Shown here: positions 1-11,014 of the stretch, piece after piece
Layout of the letters: each line of letters begins with the position of its first letter
Numbering within the stretch: position 1 is the first letter of the stretch
Source of the DNA: Psammoneis japonica
Taxonomy: Eukaryota
Assembly: GCA_008632985.1 (NCBI GenBank)
Contig: QPGO01000081.1
Location: forward strand, 248,001 to 312,000
Reading direction: 5' to 3'
Length of the DNA: 64,000 bases
The notes under the pieces: model-generated
Database searches by the model: none
The model's input: the letters and a program-made list of their open reading frames with translations, nothing else
Told to the model about the DNA's origin: nothing
Made by a program: the position numbers and the translations under genes

Positions 1-600
1 CCGTTGGCCACAAAAGTGGAGCTGAGGTGCTCGAAACAGCACAAAAGCAAGAACTTGGCATCAATGTCATCATTGTTTGAAATGACATCATCACAAGCTG
101 AGAAAACCAAAGCAGTGTCACTTGTGACTTGGATGGTCAACTCCTGCAATGTCTCAAAAGTTCAGAAGGCAAAAGACATCTTAGAAGCAGAGAGTGACAA
201 AAACATCACATTGCCAGATTGAGACAATGCCGCCATCATGGTGCCCACTTTGCATGCTGCCACATCATGTTGCAACAGTGGCGATCAGCACCTTCTTGGC
301 ATCAATGCCAGAACACCTTTGTCCAGATGGGCACCACACAAAGGCGCTGACAACTTTGCAGTGCTTGTTTGCCGGAGGAGCCACACGTTGACCCACGCAG
401 TTTTTGTGTGGCCTTCTGGGCACTGGGCTGAAATTGTTGATGTGCAACACACCTTAAATCATGTTGTGACAAAGGCACGGCTCTGTGGGACTCAACTGGA
501 CTTAGAGATGTTTTGACATCAACCAAAAAGCAAGCACGAATCCACAAGAAAGAAATCTTCCTTCGCTTGGGGCAGCGATCAGAAAGTCAATAAGCCATGT
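1..600. other. TpA/CpG-depleted hypermutated block A (runs off the left edge)
   Basis: The few TA that remain are in TTA/TAA context (cttag, cttaa, aataa). ORFs are Tyr-free and Cys/His-rich. Normal composition resumes at about 620. Confidence 0.8.
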
Positions 601-603
601 GCA

Positions 604-1062
604 CTGGTGCAAAAATCACGTAGAAATTTTACGTAGAAAAAATTATAAAAATTAGGGTTTGGGCCGATTTTTTTCTCGTGCTTCTACCGTGCCTCTCTGC
701 TCCACCGACGCCTCAAGGAATCGTTTTCCCCTGAAACCATTGACACTTTACATGATGACTATTACATAAGTAACACGATTCTGTGCGTGAACACTTCAAA
801 ATTCCATTTTCAGAAATTCGATCAACACTTCACCACGGTACCACCACGGTAAACATTTTCCAATGATGGAATTTTGTCGAACGGTGGACATCGTCGTGTT
901 TGTCATCAAAAAGTAAGTACGCAAAGTGTCAACCGTTATGACTGAAATCGATTCCTTGAGGTCGTGGCCTATTTTTCGCAAAGCACGGGAAAAGCACGAC
1001 GAACAAGATGTTCTACACGAATTTTCTACGTGAGTTTTGTACCAGAAATCGGCCCAAACCCT
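604..1062. repeat. Modular inverted-repeat element (MITE-like or transposon end)
   Basis: Three inverted pairs: 604-629 vs 1020-1045, 654-670 vs 1046-1062 (exact 17 bp), 676-692 vs 983-999. Confidence 0.6.
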
Positions 1063-1321
1063 GTTTTTCGGGACTCATAACCCCTGCACATGGCTTATCA
1101 CACACAGCTTGCAAGCCTCCGAACAGAAACGGAATCTTTGTGCGCGCCGAGCGCAGAACCGCGCTGTTGTTTGTTGGCTGTTGGCTCATTGCTCATTGCT
1201 TTTTAGTGTTTAGTGTTGCGCTGCGTTGTTGGGGTTGGTGAGCGTCTCTATCATCTCTCTACTCTAGCGAGCTGTTCTGGCGAGGCTGATTAGCTCTCTT
1301 TATACCTTTTATCCTTCCAAA

Positions 1322-2173
1322 ATGCTTGCAAATAGCAAGTATTATTTCATATGCCTATGGGTTCTCTCCGTATTGGCTTTGCAAACTTGCGCTTCAGCAC
1401 AAGCCACAACAACAACGTCTGCATCCAACAAGGCAACGTCGTCGTCATGTCCCGCTGAAATTGCCACAGACATTGAAAAGGCCGACGAGTTGTGGCGAAA
1501 GGCCGAATCTCAAGATCCCAGCAATCATTTGCCCGTTTACAACTTCCTAAAAGAACTGGACACCCAGCAACCCGACAGTGTTTTCATCAAGTGGCGCTTG
1601 GCTCGAGCCTGTAAGGACATGTCGGAAAGTGCAAATCTTGACAAGGCAACTCGCAAAAAGTATGCCTACGAAGGAAAAGAAGTAGCCATGCGTGCTGTGG
1701 AACTCGACTCGAAGAATGAAATTTGGGAGGCACACATGTTTCTCGGTGCGTTACTGGGAGTGTGCAGCCGATTTGAAATCCTCAACAAGCTCGGGTCGGC
1801 ACGCGAAATGAAGGATTGCTTTCAAAAGGCATGCGACATTGCAGGCGACTCGTCTCCCGAGCCCTACCATGCTCTTGGTGCAGCCGAGTATGGCTTTGCC
1901 GATGCGGGACGGGCGGCGTCCGTCATGGGACTCAAGGGTACCTATCAAGGCGCGTACGAGTTGTTTACCAAGGCCGAGTCTCTCTGTCCCCACAAGTGCT
2001 ATGAAAATCAGGGCGGACACTACAATCGAAACTGGCTCATGATGACCAAGGCATTGGTGGCAATGAAACAAAAGGATAAAGCCAAGGAATGGCATACAAA
2101 GCTACTGAAAGCAAAGGTAATTACGCCCGATGATAGGGCGGCTTTGGCAGAGGCAAAAAAGATAAAGTTGTAA
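1322..2173 (+). CDS. RMDN/FAM82-like TPR protein (regulator of microtubule dynamics family) with N-terminal signal peptide, 283 aa
   Basis: Motifs KWRLARAC, KKYAYEG..A..A..LD and AHMFLGALLG; TPR-like helices; hydrophobic N-terminus ending ASA-Q; intact single ORF. Confidence 0.7.
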   Translation: MLANSKYYFICLWVLSVLALQTCASAQATTTTSASNKATSSSCPAEIATDIEKADELWRKAESQDPSNHLPVYNFLKELDTQQPDSVFIKWRLARACKDMSESANLDKATRKKYAYEGKEVAMRAVELDSKNEIWEAHMFLGALLGVCSRFEILNKLGSAREMKDCFQKACDIAGDSSPEPYHALGAAEYGFADAGRAASVMGLKGTYQGAYELFTKAESLCPHKCYENQGGHYNRNWLMMTKALVAMKQKDKAKEWHTKLLKAKVITPDDRAALAEAKKIKL

Positions 2174-3008
2174 GCGACACACGCAGGACTATTGTATAGT
2201 TGTCTTCTTTATAGAGAGAGAGAGCGATCCACCCTCAAGCACCACTGGGACAAGAATAGGTTGTATGCGTCGTTCTTTCTCCTCCCCGAGTGGATTCATT
2301 CAGCATTTCATTTCGTGTTAGTTCTTTGGTGATTATTGCCCAACACCGATTTCACGGAAAAGAAATCACAGAACTTCGACTTTGTAAACATTAGATCATT
2401 CTTGGTACTTTCAGTAACACAGCTCTTGAGCGTAAGTCGGTTTGAACAAATCGCGAGACTGCGCAGCACCACGCATTGGGAGGATATCGCACGAAGCTTG
2501 TGCAAACTTCATCCCCCAGAAGCACATAGTGATTCAACGGAGGCAATACTCGACAGGTAGTAGTGGTGACGGCTTTCAGCAGATTTGTGCAATCTTTCGA
2601 TAAACATGCTGGTAGCATGAGTGTTTCTCGTCTTTTGCTCATGGCGCTCAGCTTTTGTTTGCACAAAAGGAGGAGTTCTTGCTGATTCGTCAACCTATTT
2701 TCTCCCGAGTACAAAAGAAAGGTGCTATCATCATGGTAGAAACTCTCTGGTCATCTCGTAGGACCACAAGGGTTTGGAAAGTTGATCTTTCTTACTATTT
2801 TGCGACCCAAGTATCCTGCGGAGAGAAACTGCTGTTGGAAGTACCTTCTTGTGTATCTTCCGAATTGTTCAACGCATGCCAACGTACTCAAGCAAGAAAT
2901 GGCTCAAACCTTTACCAAAGAGAGTTGTTGTTTTGCACAACTCTCAGGAATTACAATAAACTGCAGTCCAATTTATTGCTCCCATCCCCTGCACAAGCTC
3001 AAGCAGGG

Positions 3009-4711
3009 CTAGAAGCTAGAAACACTGGCATCTAGTCCAGAGTCGAGAATGTGGTCAAAGATGCTTTGCAGACACCAAAAAGTGCGCAAGTGCGAATCTT
3101 CTTCGGTTGTTGTTGGATTCGCAGTCGCTGCAGCAATTCGCACGTGTCGACACTTTCGTAGTCGTTCACAATTTGGTGCATGCGCGACATTCTTGGGGGG
3201 CGTCTTGCCGAGCTGGTAATGCAACAAACATGCCGGACATTGACACTCGACGCCTTGTTGACGAATCAGAGCCAGTTTTTCACGACCTCCGGACGTCGCA
3301 AAATCGGGATGCTGCGGACACAAACGGGTGATGCACTTGATTCGTTGAGCCACGACAAGCCTTGCAAAACGGAACTGTATCTTGTGGTGGTTGTTGGTTT
3401 GTAGGAGTAGTTTGGGCGAGTTGGCGGTTGGTAGGATCCAATGACGGGGTAGTCGTCAGTGCAGTGGTCATGTTGGAGGAGTTCTTCTCTGTCGCAGCAT
3501 TGGGAGTATATACTTCTTCTTGTCGACGGTCGATCTTGATACTTGCAGTAGGTTCGGCGTTGAGGTCCGACTCCGCAGACGTACTCGTAGTAGTAGCTTC
3601 GGCAGGGACGAGCACGACTCGAACTTGCATCGACGGCGACCGCAGTAGTAGTAGTACTTTCCGACGACAGTGCTTAGGAAGAGGCCGCTGGACCTGACGG
3701 TTTCTGTTGCATCGGCTGCGACTCGACTTGTTGTTGTTGTTGTTGTTGGATCTGCTCATCTTGCAATGCCGTGCTGTCTTGACGAGCCATCGATGATGTA
3801 TCATCCACTCCATCACGTCGTGATGTTGGCGGTTCTCGCGCCACGCAAAAGACAATTGGTCGCAACCTGGCCATGGCCAAAAAGTCATCATAGAGAAACC
3901 ATTCCTTGCGTGTGCGAGTGGACGAGGTGTGACAAATGACATCGCCCACTTGGACTCCGGCGAGAAATGCCTACGAATCAGGACTGACAGTTGACACAAT
4001 GGCGTGCGACACATCACCACGCTTGTTTCGCTTGAGCGCCACTGCCATGCCAATCTTTCCCTCCTCACACTATGCAATCGTGTCACTGATGTCCCAATCC
4101 ATGTAATCGTCGGGATCCACCACCACCTCCTCCTCTGTTTCCGGCTGCTGTTCTTGTTGCGGTGGCTCTGGCTGCTGCACTTGTTGAGGTTCCGATGGCT
4201 CGTGTTCCGATGGCTGCTGCGGTGGCTCCATTGGCTGCTCTTGTTGCGGGAGTGGCTGCTCGTGTCGTGGCTCCGATGGCTGTTCTTGTTGCCACTGTTC
4301 TACGACTTGCTGATGCAAGTCTTGCATGACTTGCATGGCCTCTTCTTCTTCATCATTTCCATTTGCGTGCTCTTTCAACTCACAACGTGGCATCTCCTCT
4401 CATTGCAGCATTTCCTCCTCCTCTTGTTGTTCAAGTGCCTGTGCATCACGTTCGAGCTGCAACAAGTTGTGTCACAGTCTGTGATGGCCATTGTCTTGAG
4501 ATTCTGACAGCAACTGCAATGTCTGTGTTGCTAGAGATGGAAGAATGGGAGAATCTGGCTGTGGTTGCTGCAATGACATGGAAGGAGAGTGTTGCAAAGG
4601 AGCCAGCAAATCAATGGATCCATCATCCGCATCCTCACAATGACCACCGCTGAGGGTTGTGTGTGAGTCGTCACCATCATTTGCCATTGTCGTGAGCAAC
4701 GACAGGTGCAA
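3009..4711 (-). pseudogene. Disrupted gene: Q/E/P-rich region, PDZ-like segment and C-terminal Cys/His zinc-binding module
   Basis: Fragments in several frames join: KIGMAVAL..AIVSTVSPDS*AFLAGVQVGDVIC (PDZ-like), then FCKAC..HHP/LCPQHPDF..CQCPAC..H..C across a +1 shift near 3317. The 5' half lies in TA-depleted DNA. Confidence 0.55.
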
Positions 4712-5850
4712 TCCTTCCTTTGCTTCTTCTGTCAGTGGAACAGATCAACAATGATGTGACACAGTGGGAATGAAATGCAAGAATGAATGTTGCCACTCAT
4801 GTGTGTGTGACAGCAAGGAGAGATGGATCGCTTTTGCTCATCGCGAGTTCTGTTCAGCTCTGTTGTGAAACAGTGTGCACTCTCAGATTTTTGGGGCGTG
4901 CGCCAGACTGCCAGTGCAATTTCTGTGTGACATCCAGGTTGCTTCTGTTTGAAACGGAGATTGCATTTCGGCCCTGCATGCAACTGCAAAAGCCACATGC
5001 TCTCATCACATCATCACATTGTCCATGGCAAGTGCATGTCATTGCATTGCCATCATTGTTGTTGTGGCCACTTTGCTCTCTCTCTGTTTGCACACTTCAA
5101 TTGACTGCAAGCAGCAGTGTCACTCCACAATGCCTCCATTGCATGGGACAAATCATCAAAAGATTGGCATTGCCTCTTGCAAGAACCTTCAATGATGGCA
5201 GCCTGAAAATGAGAGTGAGTGGGATGCATGGCAAAATGACAATGGGGAGAAGAGTGTCGTGGATGCGACTGCTTCCAAAACAAGCAACCAGAAGAAGAAG
5301 AAAAATGACAAGCCCACAGTTGCCCAAAGTCTTGTGGGGCATCCACAGATGCACTGTTCACAGATGCACCGTCCATGGAAACAACAACAAAAGCCAGTGA
5401 CAACACTCCACTTGCAGCAAGATTGGCTGCTGCCATGGTGACTCGTCCAGCAAACAAAATGTGCCAGACTGAGGACATCCTCTGAAGACTTGACAAACAA
5501 GGAGGAGAAGAAAAACTCAACTGGCGACAATGTGGAATGGATGAATGGCATCACCAGTGCAACAGCAGATTTGCCAAAGGTGGCCACTCCGCCTTGTTTG
5601 ATGCCCGGCACCTTCTTTTTGTTGAGACGCAGTGTCCCAGCCCTCCCGTGCCCATTTTGGAGTGCGACTCCATTCCCGATGACAAGAAGGCAATGCGAGG
5701 CCATCCAGGTGGTGGTGCAGTGGAGTGGCGGCAAATTTTGTGTCCCGCCATGTCCAATGTTTTTGATCTGTCCCTCTGCCTGCTGACCACAATCATGGTG
5801 ACATCTGGAATGCGACAGAGGAGGGACAAAGGTCACAATGGGAGGCACAC

Positions 5851-7403
5851 ATGCTGGGTTGGATTCACCGTGAGAGCAAGACTGCTTTGCTGTGCTTTGC
5901 ACAACCTCTTGATCTCTTGAAGAGTCATGATGATGGTCATCTGTCATTGTGTCTGGATGTTGATGGAGAACTGGCCAAGATGCTGGGGTCATTGGTGGAT
6001 GTGTTGAGATGGAGCATGAATCATGGTGATGACATTCCAGATGCCATCATTGTGTGGATGATTTTGGAAGTTCTTCGTGCAATCAAAACGTTGCATCAAT
6101 GCCACATGGCACACAATGATTTGGGTTTGGATTCATTTCCAGCCACAAGGCACAAGAATCATGCTTGGAGTCTTGTCTGTGCAGGACTGGGAAGCAAGGG
6201 TTGCAAGTTTTCCAATGAGAGGAAGGCCAGTGATGGAGAAGACTGGAGGTTCTGTCATGACTTGTGCAGGATTGCTCATGTGGTGCACATGCTGCAATCA
6301 GGTGGGATCCTGCTGGAGTTGGAACCAGTGAGAGACGGTTGCATGTTCAGCTGTCACAGTCACGGCACTCAAGCTCCGCTGGAGTGGGGTCACTTCTTTT
6401 GGGCCATTCTCAATCCACCTTTGCAAGACTGCGGAGTGCACATGGTGGATGTGGCATGTTTGCATGATGAATCTCACTTTCATGCATGGTCAGAGCTTGC
6501 CGATGCCTGCAAGGCTCCATTGCATCTGACGGACTGTGACACGTTGCATGTCAACAGTTTCATGGAAAAGGCTCCATTCCAAAAGGACAAGGGATGATCA
6601 GAACTGTGCTTGGCTGTCAAATTCATCAAGTCCACAGATGCTCATTTGGATGTCTTCCCAGAAGAAGCACACTGCAATGTGCTGTCAAGGAAAAAGTCAA
6701 AGAGCAACAAAAAGCCACATGGCAAGAACAAGAACTCCTCCAAAGTGACTTGAATGCTGCTGCTAAGCAGTTTGATGAATGTCACAAGAAGGCCAAGGCA
6801 GAGAAGCACCAGTTGCAAGCCAAGTGCAAAGCCAAGCTCAGCTCAGTCATGCTGGAACACAAAGCAGCAATGCGGACTGAACAAGAGGCTTCCAAGGAGC
6901 CCAATTCCAACCTGGAAAGTGTTTGCCAGAAAGCTCTCAGTGTCAAGGAGTCTCATTGTGAAGAGCTGTGTTGACTTGAAGAGCATCATTGGAATGAGAT
7001 CCAACAGCACAAAGAGCAACCAGATTCTGACAAGACAATGGTCAACACGAACAAGTGTGTCTCACAAGAGCAGCTGACAGAGCTTGCGCAACAGCTGCAG
7101 GTTGAGGACGAACATCATCACTGTGAGCTTGAACAAGTTGAGGAGGCTTGTGGCAATGAGATTTGTTGATTTGAAGAGCGACTCTTGTCCAAGATGGAAC
7201 ACATGACAAAACTTGAGTCAGACATGTGTGTGTTGCAACAGCAGGTTGCAGAACTCATGGAGCAGCTTCGACAGAAGAATAAAGAAGTGCTTTGGTTGCA
7301 GGAACATGAAGATGACACAGTGCATGAGGAAAAGATGCTGGACAAGTGTGCCAGGGAATTTGATGGCAAAGAGGCCAGAGTCCAAGAGTCACTCAGGCAA
7401 TGA
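5851..7403 (+). pseudogene. Decayed Bub1-like kinase domain followed by a long coiled coil
   Basis: GSLVDVL..IIVWMILEVLRAIKTLHQCHMAHNDL (subdomains V-VIb). FCHDLCRIAHVVHML resembles the Bub1 YQxDYxGxAxxxHxL segment with Y->C/H. The downstream E/K/Q heptads are broken by TGA stops; the kinase ORF has no Tyr. Confidence 0.55.
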
Positions 7404-8296
7404 GTGCGTGCCTGCAAGGAAAGGGCGGATTGTCTGCAATGCGTGGAAGAGCAGCCATTGGAGGGTGCCATTGCAGTGTTGGGGTTCAAGACGCCACTGC
7501 CAAAAGGCAAGGCAGCGAAGTGATCACCCCTTTTGGGAGAGAAATGGCAAAGATCCCCGCAACTTTCCTTGAAAAGATCCAGCCCCAAAGGATGAAGCCC
7601 CCGAGTCCATCATGCTCCAGAGTGCACACTGACTGGGTTGTCTCACAACGGTGATCTGAAGAGTTCTGCAGCAGACTCTTCATCATGCTCCACATGAGTC
7701 AAGACAAAGAACAAGGCCAGATGAAAGCTTGTCATTGAGCCTCTTTCAGACTCTGAGTCAGAGGAAGACCAGCTGATGCATTGGGAGCAATGCATTGTGT
7801 GACAGAGAGTCTGCCACAGTTGAACTGAGTTGAGTTTCCATGTGACAAAATGACCATTCCTCGATTGGATTCACAAACCCCCAAAGTCTGGCGCACCACT
7901 TTCATCCATCCATTCATGCATGCAAGTGGTCCGCCTCTTGCAATTGTCATCCACATCATTGGCAATGATGCAACACTTCCAAAGAGCCTCTTCTGCCCAC
8001 ACTGAGGGATGGGGCGGAGGGCCATGAGGAGCACCACTCTCCAACAACTTGAGACAATGAGCCTTGGTGAGGTGTTTGGCCAACAGAATGCCATCATGAT
8101 TGTCACAGAAAATCTGTGCCAATGTCAGAATCTGTGCCTGTTTTTCAGGGCTTGAAAAAATCTGCACCTGTTCTGAACGGAAATCTGGAATCTGCACCCA
8201 GTGCAAAAGTGCACAGGATGTGCGTGGAACGTGCCAGGCCTGCCTGGGGAGGGGTTCTTCAAATCTGAGGAAATCCCAAATCCAGTTTTGGCAGAA

Positions 8297-9170
8297 TCAG
8301 TTAAAATCCATGCTTTTTGACAATCTGCATCCATTTTTCTGGAATTCTTGAAAATCTTTCCAATGTTGCACTTTCAGCACAATTGCAAAAGGTGCACTGA
8401 AGAATGTTTGTCCAAGATTTCTTGAATTTGCCACCACCGTTGAGCAGCAGACCCATGATGGCATCTTTGTCGGGGCTCCATCTTGACAAATGGGTTGTTT
8501 CAAGACCCAACAATCATCACAGTCGCCGCTCCAATTGCAGTGCCATTCATTGTTCCTGTCACAGTGGGCCTGCCACTGGACATGCAATGCTGCACACTGC
8601 TGTTTCATGTCGGGGGTGATCCAATCGTCTTCAATTTTGGCAGAAATGTGGTTGGGAATCTTGGCAATCTTGGGCTTGTCAGAAGTGGCAGAGGTGGCAC
8701 GTTCACAAATGTTCTCAACCACCACGTGAAATTTGGCCAACTTGCCCAAGAAGGAACCCTTTTGACCCACCTCAATGCTGTTCAGTTCGGTCAAGAGTCG
8801 GGGATCTTGTTCATCAATGTGACTGACCTTCGTTCCTCCGTCCCTCTGTCCATGCGAGTGCTTGGTTTCCTGGAATTTCAAAGACCAGAGATGGCTGCAA
8901 CAGGAATCTTGTGTCAGATTTGCACTCTGCAAAATGTCAAAGACAGAGGAAACAAGATGATGGAGTCCGTGTTTCGACGTGACGAGATCGACAAAGTGGT
9001 CGTGTTCTGCGTGTCCCCGACCACCTTGGAGCTGTGTCACATGAAAGCAACAGACAGCAGCACTGGCAGCAGTCGTGGATGTGGTTGGCTTGGCTGCAGG
9101 TTTCACATCATCCTTCGCTGTGTTCAAGGAGACGCCGCCGGCGTTGCCGGACGCGGTCGTCGATGGGAGC
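8297..9170 (-). pseudogene. Decayed gene of unknown function, divergent from the YEATS-amidoligase gene
   Basis: Globular-looking ORF (HDHFVDLVTSKHGLHHLVSSVFDIL..SHLWSLKF) with no Tyr in the 374-aa frame; the C-terminus appears to continue in another frame (8301-8513). Confidence 0.45.
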
Positions 9171-9426
9171 TCCCGAAGGTGTTCTCGAATCAGCAGAGGA
9201 CATGGCAAAAGGCTGAGATGGACGTGAAAGTGTTCAAACAAGGCAAGGTTGCTTGGATTTTGTTGCAAAGCAGTGCAATGCTGAAAATTGAAAATGAAAA
9301 GGCAGCGTTGGTCCGAATTCAAATCTTGTGTGCTCGTTTGTCTGTGGGATGTGTTCTGCACGAGCGTGGCGCCACGAACCCAGACGTCTGTGTCAAAAGT
9401 CACGGCACAAAACAGCAGCAAGCACC

Positions 9427-10902
9427 ATGATGATGAACAGCGGCGGCAACACTACGGACGACCGTTCCGTTCAGTTTTACGTGGAAAACTCCTACAGGAA
9501 GGTTCCTGAGGAAAAAGCCGAGTGGGATCGTAGTGGACGGCATCGCAAGATTCATGATTGGATGCTGTCGGTTGACATTGTCGACGGCGATCCGGATCTT
9601 ATCGAGCGAGTCGTTTTCGATCTGGGTCCTTCCTTTTCCCCGCAACAGTTCATTTCTCGCTCTCCTATCCCTGTGCAGCTGTCCAATGGCCTGTCTGGAT
9701 GGCGATTCTGTACCCGTCAGCAGTCGTATGGCTCCGTCACCGCGCAAATTTCCATCCGAGGGACTGGCGGCACCAAGAAGATGGCGGTATCTCACACCGT
9801 TGTCCTGGAAGAAAGAAGCAGGAAGAAGAACATTCTGCATTCCTTTTCGGAACATCGTCCAGTAGTTCCACTTCGTATGAACTAGGTTGCTGAGGAACAA
9901 CGCTTTGGAATCGAGCTCGAACTATCCTCGGCCCCCGGTGTGGATCCGTCCACCGTGGCCAACATGATGCCAAGCCGCGCGGGCAACGTGTTTGTTGTGG
10001 ACAGCTATCGTCAAGGCCGCCAAGACTACGACGGTGGCTGGAAGATTGTTCCAGATTCCAGTTTGGTCTGCAATGCCAGCATGCCCAGCTGTCACAAGTT
10101 TGAGCTCGTGTCACGAATCCTGCAGGGAGGAGAGGGTCTTTCCGAAGTTGCCTCCGTCACCAAGTCGCTTCAACAGCTGCCGTTGCAAGTGAACAAGAGC
10201 ATGGGATTCCATGTGCATATCGATGTATCGAAGTGCTCACTCGAACAGCTCATCAAGGTCTGTCAGAATTTCATCAAGTACGAAGACGTGATGGATTCCT
10301 TCCTGCCACCGTCCCGGCGCACCTCGAGTCCCGAGTGCACGCGATACTTTCAAAGCAACCGTACGTCGGTGCAAGCCTTGTGCAATGGACGAAACTCCAA
10401 CAAGAAGCGTCATGACGTACTGTCCGAATGTTGCAGTGTGGAGGAACTGGTTGCGATAATGAATCAAACGGGCCGATACTACAAGCTCAATCTCCAAAAT
10501 TTGGCTACCGGACGCCAGCCGACGATTGAGTTCCGTCAGCACTCGGCCACCTTGAAGTACGACAAAATCAGTGCCTGGATCCGCTTTTGGTACGTAAGAA
10601 TGTGTGTTGGTGCTAGTAGTGATGTCTTTTTTGGCAGCTCACGCCGCTCGCCCATCCCTTCCACTCTTCTCTCTAGCGTTGCGTTTGTCCGAAACTCGGC
10701 TCGATTGGCCCCACCGAAACCTTTCAAGGAGGGACGTGATTTGGAGTTTCAGTTCAATGCTGTCTTTCAGTATGTTATCAAGGATCGTGCCCTGCGCAAT
10801 TTCTACAAGGCTCGACAGTGGCAAGTCCTCCAAGAGGCATCATGCTGCAGCGGCTGTGCCAGTGGAGGGACCTGCTCTGCTACAGTTGCGTCGTCCAAGT
10901 AG
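9427..10902 (+). CDS. YEATS-like domain fused to Amidoligase_2-type COOH-NH2 ligase, with a Cys-rich tail; in-frame TAG at 9883-9885; intron 10590-10676
   Basis: YEATS: HDWMLSV, IERVVFDLGPSF, QQSYG, H-x-V-x-L. Same frame after the TAG: RFGIELE, WKIVPDSS, FELVSRIL, GFHVHID, RYYKLN, TIEFRQH, ISAWIRF. An 87-nt GTACGT..CTCTAG intron restores WIRFCVAFV. Tail CCSGCASGGTC. Confidence 0.8.
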
Positions 10903-11014
10903 TGAAACGTGTTGCGGCGATTCATCCGATTCGTTCATTCGAGAGTTACTGTACAGCCATTTCGTAGGTCTATTTCTTCTTCTAGATATTGTTGCATGTG
11001 CTACCTACCTATAG

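Larger units (their letters stand above)
3930..9426. other. TpA/CpG-depleted hypermutated block B
   Basis: No TA found by eye in 4534-6763 or 8304-9452. CpG is low centrally but retained at both edges. Confidence 0.9.

Noticed and set aside
2300..3005. Short ORFs between the RMDN-like gene and the zinc-finger gene
   Set aside because: No recognisable domain or consistent frame; left unannotated.
3930..9426. Classical fungal RIP or CpG deamination alone as the cause of the skew
   Set aside because: RIP creates TA, and CpG decay does not remove TA or explain GTAAGT->GCAAGC and Tyr->Cys/His.
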